Source: Eledone cirrhosa
Taxonomy: Eukaryota
DNA: 64,000 nt
Direction of reading: 5' to 3'
NCBI GenBank assembly: GCA_964016885.1
Contig: OZ024740.1
Span: 7,192,001 to 7,256,000, forward strand
Under the pieces are notes generated by a model that searched no databases, had not been told where the DNA came from, and saw only the letters and a program-made list of their open reading frames with translations. Made by a program: the position numbers and the translations under genes. Of the stretch, positions 53,501 through 64,000 are shown one piece after another (within the stretch, counting starts at the first letter, position 1; every line of letters begins with the position of its first letter).

Positions 53501-56500
53501 TATCAGTTTCGATTGGTATATTAGATTTGATTAGTATGTCAGTTTCGATTGGTATATCAGTTTCTATTGGTATATCAGTTTCGATTTGTATATCAGTTAC
53601 GATTGATATATCAGTTTCTATTGGTATATCAGTTTCGATTGGTATATCAGTTTCGATTAGTATGTCAGTTTCTATAGGTATGTCAGTTTCGATAGGTATA
53701 TCAGTTTCCATTGGTATGTCAGTTTTGATTAGTATATCCGTTTCTATTGGTATGTCAGTTTCTATTGGTATATCAGTTTCAATTGATATATAAGTTTCGA
53801 TTAGTATGTCAGTTTCTATTGGTATGTCAGTTTCGAATAGTATATCAGTTTCTATTGGTATGTCAGTTTCGATTGGTATGTCAGTTTCTATTGGTATATC
53901 AGTTTCTATTGGTATATCAGTTTCGATTGGTATATCAGTTTCTATTGGTATATCAGTTTCTCTTGGTATGTCAGTTTTGATTGGTATATCAGTTTCGATT
54001 CGTATGTCACTTTCGATTGGTATATCAGTTTCGATTGATATATCAGTTTTCGATTAGTATGTCAGTTTCTATTGGTATGTCAGTTTCGATTAGTATATCA
54101 GTTTATATTGGTATATCAGTTTTGATTGGTATATCAGTCTCGATTGGTATATCAGTTTATATTGGTATATCAGTTTCGATTGGTATGTCAGTTGTCTATT
54201 GGTATATCAGTTTCAATTGGTATGTCAGTTTCTATTGGTATATGAGTTTCTATTGGTATGTCAGTTTCGATTAGTATATCAGTTTCTATTGGTATGTCAG
54301 TTTCGATTGGTATATTAGTTTCGAATGGTATATCAATTTCTATTGGTATATCAGTTTCGATTGGTATGTCAGTTTCGATTGGTATATAAGTTTCAATTGG
54401 TATATCATTTTCCATTGGTATGTCAGATTTGATTGGAATGTCAGTTTCTATTGGTATATCAGTTTCGATTGGTAGGTCAGTTTCTATTGGTATGTCAGTT
54501 TCGATTAGTATATCAGTTTCTATTGGTATGTCTGTTTCTATTGGTATATCAGTTTTGATTGTTATATCAGTTTCGATTGGTATGTCAGTTTCTATTGGTA
54601 TGTCAGTTTCGATTGGTATATCAGTTTCAATTAGTATGTCAGTTTCTATTGGTATATCAGTTTCGATTGGTATGTCAGTTTCGATTAGTATCTCAATTTC
54701 TATTGGTATGTCAGTTTGTATTGGTATATCAGTTTCGATTGGTATGTCAGTTTCGATTGGTATGTCAGGTTCGATTGGTATATCAGTTTCGATTGGTATA
54801 GAAGTTTCTATTGGTATGTCAGTTTCGATTGGTATATCAGTTTCGATTGGTATGTCACTTTCGATTGGTATATCAGTTTCGATTAGTATGTCAGTTTCTA
54901 TTGTTATATTAGTTTTGATTGGTACATCAGTTTCGATTGGTACATCAGTTTCGATTGGTATATCAGTTTCGATTGGTATGTCAGTTTCTATTGGTATATC
55001 AGCTTCGATTGGTATATCAGTTTCGATTGGTATGTCAGTTTCGATTGGTATATCAGTTTCGATTGGTATGTCAGTCTCTATTGGTATGTCAGTTTTGATT
55101 ATCATATCAGTTACCATTGGTATGTCAGTTTTGATTGGTATGTCAGTTTCGATTGGTATGTCAGATTCGATTAGTATATCAGTTTCTATAGGTATGTCAG
55201 TTTCTATTGGTATATCACTTTCGACTGGTATATAAGTTTCGATTAGAATGTCAGTTTCGATTGGTATTTCTGTGTCCATTGGTATATCAGTTTGGATTGA
55301 TATATCAGTTTTCGATTAGTATGTCAGTTTCTATTGGTATGTCAGTTTCTATTGGTATATCAGTTCCTATTGGTATGTCAGTTTTGATTGGTATGTCAGT
55401 TTCTATTGGTATATCAGTTTTGATTGGTATATCAGTCTCGATTGGTATATCAGTTTCTATTGGTATATCAGTTTCAATTGGTATGTCAGTTTCTATTGGT
55501 ATATCAGTTTCAATTGGTATGTCAGTTTCTATTGGTATATGAGTTTCTATTGGTATGTCAGTTTCTTTTGGTATATCAGTTTCAATTGGTATGTTAGTTT
55601 CTATTGGTAAGTCAGCTTCGATTAGTATGTCAGTTTCGATTGGTATGTCAGTTTCTGTTGGTATATCATTTTCGATTGGTATGTCAGTTTCTATTGGTAT
55701 GTCAGTGTCGATTATTATATCAGTAACTATTGGTATGTCAGTTTCGATTGGTATGTCAGTTTCGATTAGTATATCAGTTTCTATTGGTATGTCAGTTTCT
55801 ATTGATATACCAGTTTGGATTGGTATATCAGATTCGATTGGTATGTCAGTTTCGATTGGTATGTCAGTTTCGATTGGTATATAAGTTTCTATTGGTATAT
55901 CATTTTCCATAGGTATGTCAGATTTGATTGGAATGTCAGTTTCTATTGGTATATCAGTTTCAATTGGTAGGTCAGTTTCTATTGGTATGTCAGTTTCGAT
56001 TAGTATATCAGTTTCTAATGTTATGTCAGTTTCGATTGGTATGTCAGTTTCTATTGGTATATCAGTTTTGATTGGTATATCAGTCTCGATAGGTATATCA
56101 GTTTATATTGGTATATCAGTTTCGATTGGTATGTCAGTTCTCTATTGGTATATCAGTTTCAATTGGTATATCAGTTTCTATTCTTATATCAGTTTCTATT
56201 GGTATATGAGTTTCTATTGGAATATCAGTTTCTATTGGTATATCAGTTTCAATTGGTATGTCAGTTTCTATTGGTAAGTCAGCTTCGATTAGTATATCAG
56301 TTTCTATTGGTATATCAGTTTCGATTGGTATATCAGTTTCGATTGGTATATCAGTTTCTATTGGTATATCAGTTTCGATTGGTATGCCAGTTTCGATTAG
56401 TTTATCAGTTTCGATTGGTCTGTCAGTTTCTATTGGTATGTCAGTTTCGATTAGTATATCAGTTCCTATTGGTATGTCAGTTTCGATTGGTATGTCAGTT

Positions 56501-59500
56501 TCTATTGGTATATCAGTTTCAATTGGTATGTCAGTTTCGATTGGTATATGAGTTTCTATTGGTATGTCAGTTTCTATTGGTATATAAGTTTCTATTGGTA
56601 TATCAGTTTCCATTGGTATGTCAGATTCGATTGGAATGTCAGTTTCTATTGGTATATCAGTTTCAATTGGTATGTTAGTTTCTATCGGTAAGTCAGCTTC
56701 AATTAGTATATCAGTTTCTATTGGTATGTCAGTTTCGATTGGTATATCAGTTTCAATTAGTATGTCAGTTTCTATTGGTATATCAATTTCGATTGGTATG
56801 TCAGTTTCGATTAGTATGTCAATTTCTATTGGTATGACAGTTTGTATTGGTATATCAGTTTCGATTGGTATGTCAGTTTCGATTGGTATGTCAGTTTCGA
56901 TTGGTATATCAGTTTCGATTGGTATATCAGTTTCTATTGGTATATCAGTTTCGATTGGTATGTCAGTTTCAATTAGTTTATAAGTTTCTATTGGTATGTC
57001 AGTTTCTATTGGTATGTCAGTGTCGATTATTATATCAGTTACTATTGGTATGTCAGTTTCGATCGTTATATCAATTTCGATTGGTATCTCAGTTACGATT
57101 GGTATGTCAGTTTCGATTGGTATGTCAATTTCGATTAGTATATCAGTTTCTATTGGTATGTCAGTTTCTCTTGGTATATCAGCTTCGATTGGTATATCAG
57201 TTTCGATTGGTATATTAGTTTTGATTGGTACATCAGTTTCTATTGGTATGTCAGTTTTGATTACTATATCAGTTACTATTGGAATGTCAGTTTCGATTGG
57301 TATGTCAATTTCGATTGGTATATCAGATTCGATTGGTATGTCAGTTTCGATTGGTATATCAGTTTCTATTGGTATGTCAGTTTCTATTGGTATATCAGTT
57401 TCGATTTGTATGTCAGTTTCTATTGGTATGTCAGTCTCGATAGGTATGTCAGTTTCTATTGGTATATCAGTTTCGATTGGTATGTCATTTTCGATAGGTA
57501 TGTCAGTTTCTATGGGTATATCAGTTTCGATTGGTATGTCAGATTTGATTGGAATATCAGTTTCTATTGGTATATCAGTTTCGATTGGTATGTCAGTTTC
57601 TATTGGTATGTCAGTTTCGATTAGTATATCAGTTTCTATTGGTATGTCTGTTTCTATTGGTATATCAGTTTTGATTGGTATATCAGTTTCGATTGGTATG
57701 TCAGTTTCGATTGGTATATCAGTTTCGATTGGTATATCAGTTTCAATTAGTATGTAAGTTTCTATTGTTATATCAGTTTCGATTGGTATGTCACTTTCGA
57801 TTAGTATGTCAATTTCTATTGGTATGTCAGTTTGTATTGGTATATCAGTTTCGATTGGTATGGCAGTTTCGATTGGTATGTCAGGTTCGATTGGTATATC
57901 AGTTTCGATTGGTATAGAAGTTTGTATTGGTATATCAGTTTGTATTGGTATATCAGTTTCGATTGGTATGTCAGGTTCGATTGGTATATCAGTTTCGATT
58001 GGTATGTCACTTTCGATTGGTATATCAGTTTCGATTAGTATGTCAGTTTCTATAGTTATATTAGTTTTGATTGGTACATCAGTTTCGATTGGTATGTCAG
58101 TTTCGATTGGTAAATCAGTTTCGATTGGTATGTCAGTTTCTATTGGTATATCACTTTCGACTGGTATATCAGTTTCGATTAGAATGTCAGTTTTGATTGG
58201 TATTTCAGTGTCCATTGGTATATCAGTTTGGATTGATATATCAGTTTTCGATTAGTATGTCAGTTTCTATTGGTATGTCAGTTTCTATTGGTATATCAGT
58301 TCCTATTGGTATGTCAGTTTTGATTGGTATGTCAGTTTCTATTGGTATATCAGTTTTGATTGGTATATCAGTCTCGATTGGTATATCAGTTTCTATTGGT
58401 ATATCAGTTTCGATTGGTATGTCAGGTTCTATTGGTATATCAGTTTCAATTGGTATGTCAGTTTCTATTGGTATATGAGTTTCTATTGGTATGTCAGTTT
58501 CTATTGGTATATCAGTTTCAATTGGTATGTTAGTTTCTATTGGTAAGTCAGCTTCGATTAGTATGTCAGTTTCTATAGGTATGTCAGTTTCGATTGGTAT
58601 GTCAGTTTCTATTGGTATATCAGTTCCTATTGGTATGTCAGTTTCGATTGGTATGTCAATTTCGATTGGTATATCAGTTTTGATTAGTATGTCAGTTTCT
58701 ATTGGTATATCAGTTTCTATTGGTATATCAGTTTCAATTGGTATGTTAGTTTCTATTGGTAAGTCAGCTTCGATTAGTATGTCAGTTTCGATTGGTATGT
58801 CAGTTTCTGTTGGTATATCATTTTCGATTGGTATGTCAGTTTCTATTGGTATGTCAGTGTCGATTATTATATCAGTAACTATTGGTATGTCAGTTTCGAT
58901 TGGTATGTCAGTTTCGATTAGTATATCAGTTTCTATTGGTATGTCAGTTTCTATTGATATACCAGTTTGGATTGGTATATCAGATTCGATTGGTATGTCA
59001 GTTTCGATTGGTATGTCAGTTTCGATTGGTATATAAGTTTCTATTGGTATATCATTTTCCATAGGTATGTCAGATTTGATTGGTATATCAGTTTCGATTG
59101 GTATATTAGTTTTGATTGGTACATCAGTTTCTATTGGTATGTCAGTTTTGATTACTATATCAGTTACTATTGGAATGTCAGTTTCGATTGGTATGTCAAT
59201 TTCGATTGGTATATCAGATTCGATTGGTATGTCAGTTTCGATTGGTATATCAGTTTCTATTGGTATGTCAGTTTCTATTGGTATATCAGTTTCGATTTGT
59301 ATGTCAGTTTCTATTGGTATGTCAGTCTCGATAGGTATGTCAGTTACTATTGGTATATCAGTTTCGATTGGTATGTCATTTTCGATAGGTATGTCAGTTT
59401 CTATGGGTATATCAGTTTCGATTGGTATGTCAGATTTGATTGGAATATCAGTTTCTATTGGTATATCAGTTTCGATTGGTATGTCAGTTTCTATTGGTAT

Positions 59501-62500
59501 GTCAGTTTCGATTAGTATATCAGTTTCTATTGGTATGTCTGTTTCTATTGGTATATCAGTTTTGATTGGTATATCAGTTTCGATTGGTATGTCAGTTTCG
59601 ATTGGTATATCAGTTTCGATTGGTATATCAGTTTCAATTAGTATGTAAGTTTCTATTGTAATATCAGTTTCGATTGGTATGTCACTTTCGATTAGTATGT
59701 CAATTTCTATTGGTATGTCAGTTTGTATTGGTATATCAGTTTCGATTGGTATGGCAGTTTCGATTGGTATGTCAGGTTCGATTGGTATATCAGTTTCGAT
59801 TGGTATAGAAGTTTGTATTGGTATATCAGTTTGTATTGGTATATCAGTTTCGATTGGTATGTCAGGTTCGATTGGTATATCAGTTTCGATTGGTATGTCA
59901 CTTTCGATTGGTATATCAGTTTCGATTAGTATGTCAGTTTCTATAGTTATATTAGTTTTGATTGGTACATCAGTTTCGATTGGTATGTCAGTTTCGATTG
60001 GTAAATCAGTTTCGATTGGTATGTCAGTTTCTATTGGTATATCACTTTCGACTGGTATATCAGTTTCGATTAGAATTTCAGTTTCTATTGTTATATCAGT
60101 TTCGATTGGTATGTCACTTTCGATTAGTATGTCAATTTCTATTGGTATGTCAGTTTGTATTGGTATATCAGTTTCGATTGGTATGGCAGTTTCGATTGGT
60201 ATGTCAGGTTCGATTGGTATATCAGTTTCGATTGGTATAGAAGTTTGTATTGGTATATCAGTTTGTATTGGTATATCAGTTTCGATTGGTATGTCAGGTT
60301 CGATTGGTATATCAGTTTCGATTGGTATGTCACTTTCGATTGGTATATCAGTTTCGATTAGTATGTCAGTTTCTATAGTTATATTAGTTTTGATTGGTAC
60401 ATCAGTTTCGATTGGTATGTCAGTTTCGATTGGTATGTCAGTTTCTATTGGTATATCACTTTCGACTGGTATATCAGTTTCGATTAGAATGTCAGTTTTG
60501 ATGGGTATTTCAGTGTCCATTGGTATATCAGTTTGGATTGATATATCAGTTTTCGATTAGTATGTCATTTTCTATTGGTATGTCAGTTTCTATTGGTATA
60601 TCAGTTCCTATTGGTATGTCAGTTTTGATTGGTATGTCAGTTTCTATTGGTATATCAGTTTTGATTGGTATATCAGTCTCGATTGGTATATCAGTTTCTA
60701 TTGGTATATCAGTTTCGATTGGTATGTCAGGTTCTATTGGTATATCAGTTTCAATTGGTATGTCAGTTTCTATTGGTATATGAGTTTCTATTGGTATGTC
60801 AGTTTCTATTGGTATATCAGTTTTGATTGGTATATCAGTCTCGATTGGTATATCAGTTTATATTGGTATATCAGTTTCGATTGGTATGTCAGTTCTCTAT
60901 TGGTATATCAGTTTCAATTGGTATATCAGTTTCTATTCTTATATCAGTTTCTATTGGTATATGAGTTTCTATTGGAATATCAGTTTCAATTGGTATATCA
61001 GTTTCAATTGGTATGTCAGTTTCTATTGGTAAGTCAGCTTCGATTAGTATATCAGTTTCTATTGGTATATCAGTTTCTATTGGTATGTCAGTTTCGATTA
61101 GTATATCAGTTTCTATTGGTATGTCTGTTTCTATTGGTATATCAGTTTTGATTGGTATATCAGTTTCGATTGGTATGTCAGTTTCGATTGGTATATCAGT
61201 TTCGATTGGTATATCAGTTTCAATTAGTATGTAAGTTTCTATTGTTATATCAGTTTCGATTGGTATGTCACTTTCGATTAGTATGTCAATTTCTATTGGT
61301 ATGTCAGTTTGTATTGGTATATCAGTTTCGATTGGTATGGCAGTTTCGATTGGTATGTCAGGTTCGATTGGTATATCAGTTTCGATTGGTATAGAAGTTT
61401 GTATTGGTATATCAGTTTGTATTGGTATATCAGTTTCGATTGGTATGTCAGGTTCGATTGGTATATCAGTTTCGATTGGTATGTCACTTTCGATTGGTAT
61501 ATCAGTTTCGATTAGTATGTCAGTTTCTATAGTTATATTAGTTTTGATTGGTACATCAGTTTCGATTGGTATGTCAGTTTCGATTGGTAAATCAGTTTCG
61601 ATTGGTATGTCAGTTTCTATTGGTATATCACTTTCGACTGGTATATCAGTTTCGATTAGATTGTCAGTTTTGATTGGTATTTCAGTGTCCATTGGTATAT
61701 CAGTTTGGATTGATATATCAGTTTTCGATTAGTATGTCAGTTTCTATTGGTATGTCAGTTTCTATTGGTATATCAGTTCCTATTGGTATGTCAGTTTTGA
61801 TTGGTATGTCAGTTTCTATTGGTATATCAGTTTTGATTGGTATATCAGTCTCGATTGGTATATCAGTTTCTATTGGTATATCAGTTTCGATTGGTATGTC
61901 AGGTTCTATTGGTATATCAGTTTCAATTGGTATGTCAGTTTCTATTGGTATATGAGTTTCTATTGGTATGTCAGTTTCTATTGGTATATCAGTTTCAATT
62001 GGTATGTTAGTTTCTATTGGTAAGTCAGCTTCGATTAGTATGTCAGTTTCTATAGGTATGTCAGTTTCGATTGGTATGTCAGTTTCTATTGGTATATCAG
62101 TTCCTATTGGTATGTCAGTTTCGATTGGTATGTCAATTTCGATTGGTATATCAGTTTTGATTAGTATGTCAGTTTCTATTGGTATATCAGTTTCTATTGG
62201 TATATCAGTTTCAATTGGTATGTTAGTTTCTATTGGTAAGTCAGCTTCGATTAGTATGTCAGTTTCGATTGGTATGTCAGTTTCTGTTGGTATATCATTT
62301 TCGATTGGTATGTCAGTTTCTATTGGTATGTCAGTGTCGATTATTATATCAGTAACTATTGGTATGTCAGTTTCGATTGGTATGTCAGTTTCGATTAGTA
62401 TATCAGTTTCTATTGGTATGTCAGTTTCTATTGATATACCAGTTTGGATTGGTATATCAGATTCGATTGGTATGTCAGTTTCGATTGGTATGTCAGTTTC

Positions 62501-64000
62501 GATTGGTATATAAGTTTCTATTGGTATATCATTTTCCATAGGTATGTCAGATTTGATTGGTATATCAGTTTCGATTGGTATATTAGTTTTGATTGGTACA
62601 TCAGTTTCTATTGGTATGTCAGTTTTGATTACTATATCAGTTACTATTGGAATGTCAGTTTCGATTGGTATGTCAATTTCGATTGGTATATCAGATTCGA
62701 TTGGTATGTCAGTTTCGATTGGTATATCAGTTTCTATTGGTATGTCAGTTTCTATTGGTATATCAGTTTCGATTTGTATGTCAGTTTCTATTGGTATGTC
62801 AGTCTCGATAGGTATGTCAGTTACTATTGGTATATCAGTTTCGATTGGTATGTCATTTTCGATAGGTATGTCAGTTTCTATGGGTATATCAGTTTCGATT
62901 GGTATGTCAGATTTGATTGGAATATCAGTTTCTATTGGTATATCAGTTTCGATTGGTATGTCAGTTTCTATTGGTATGTCAGTTTCGATTAGTATATCAG
63001 TTTCTATTGGTATGTCTGTTTCTATTGGTATATCAGTTTTGATTGGTATATCAGTTTCGATTGGTATGTCAGTTTCGATTGGTATATCAGTTTCGATTGG
63101 TATATCAGTTTCAATTAGTATGTAAGTTTCTATTGTTATATCAGTTTCGATTGGTATGTCACTTTCGATTAGTATGTCAATTTCTATTGGTATGTCAGTT
63201 TGTATTGGTATATCAGTTTCGATTGGTATGGCAGTTTCGATTGGTATGTCAGGTTCGATTGGTATATCAGTTTCGATTGGTATAGAAGTTTGTATTGGTA
63301 TATCAGTTTGTATTGGTATATCAGTTTCGATTGGTATGTCAGGTTCGATTGGTATATCAGTTTCGATTGGTATGTCACTTTCGATTGGTATATCAGTTTC
63401 GATTAGTATGTCAGTTTCTATAGTTATATTAGTTTTGATTGGTACATCAGTTTCGATTGGTATGTCAGTTTCGATTGGTAAATCAGTTTCGATTGGTATG
63501 TCAGTTTCTATTGGTATATCACTTTCGACTGGTATATCAGTTTCGATTAGAATTTCAGTTTCTATTGTTATATCAGTTTCGATTGGTATGTCACTTTCGA
63601 TTGGTATATCAGTTTCGATTAGTATGTCAGTTTCTATAGTTATATTAGTTTTGATTGGTACATCAGTTTCGATTGGTATGTCAGTTTCGATTGGTATGTC
63701 AGTTTCTATTGGTATATCACTTTCGACTGGTATATCAGTTTCGATTAGAATGTCAGTTTTGATTGGTATTTCAGTGTCCATTGGTATATCAGTTTGGATT
63801 GATATATCAGTTTTCGATTAGTATGTCATTTTCTATTGGTATGTCAGTTTCTATTGGTATATCAGTTCCTATTGGTATGTCAGTTTTGATTGGTATGTCA
63901 GTTTCTATTGGTATATCAGTTTTGATTGGTATATCAGTCTCGATTGGTATATCAGTTTCTATTGGTATATCAGTTTCGATTGGTATGTCAGGTTCTATTG

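Larger units (their letters stand above)
37891..64000. repeat. 18-bp tandem satellite (ATTGGTAT[A/G]TCAGTTTC[G/T]), >1300 monomers, with higher-order repeats, open at window end
   Basis: Direct reading. Variant patterns recur at 1368, 756, 558, 3477 and 5225 bp offsets. Confidence 0.99.

Noticed and set aside
37868-63821. Plus-strand (SIGMSV)n, (VCQFRL)n and (WYISFD)n ORFs
   Set aside because: Translations of an 18-bp satellite with scattered stops and frameshifts and no unique domains.

Overview
AT-rich, repeat-dominated animal genomic DNA. The SINE, RTE and Penelope content and the dense (AT)n tracts suggest a mollusc, probably an octopus-like cephalopod; this is inference, not a database result. 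Layout: (1) 1-13230 is a 46-bp satellite array. (2) About 13.2-37.9 kb is an island of decayed retroelements: tRNA-SINEs, RTE-like and CRE-like LINEs, two Penelope-like elements, and many short hammerhead-bearing and fold-back palindromic units sitting in (AT)n tracts. It also holds a 200-N scaffold gap and one probable host exon, the N-terminus of an RDH11-14-like short-chain dehydrogenase (31530-31928). (3) 37891-64000 is an 18-bp satellite array with higher-order repeats, interrupted by an RTE/SINE insertion and a full SINE. The most notable signals are at least five hammerhead-ribozyme motifs readable directly from the sequence, together with recurrent, apparently independently formed fold-back palindromes; a SINE whose 5' tRNA head has been amplified into a 15-copy minisatellite inside its own target-site duplication; and SINE/LINE tail sharing and swapping. 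Almost all long ORFs in the supplied track are repeat artefacts. All structures were read by eye and boundaries are approximate.
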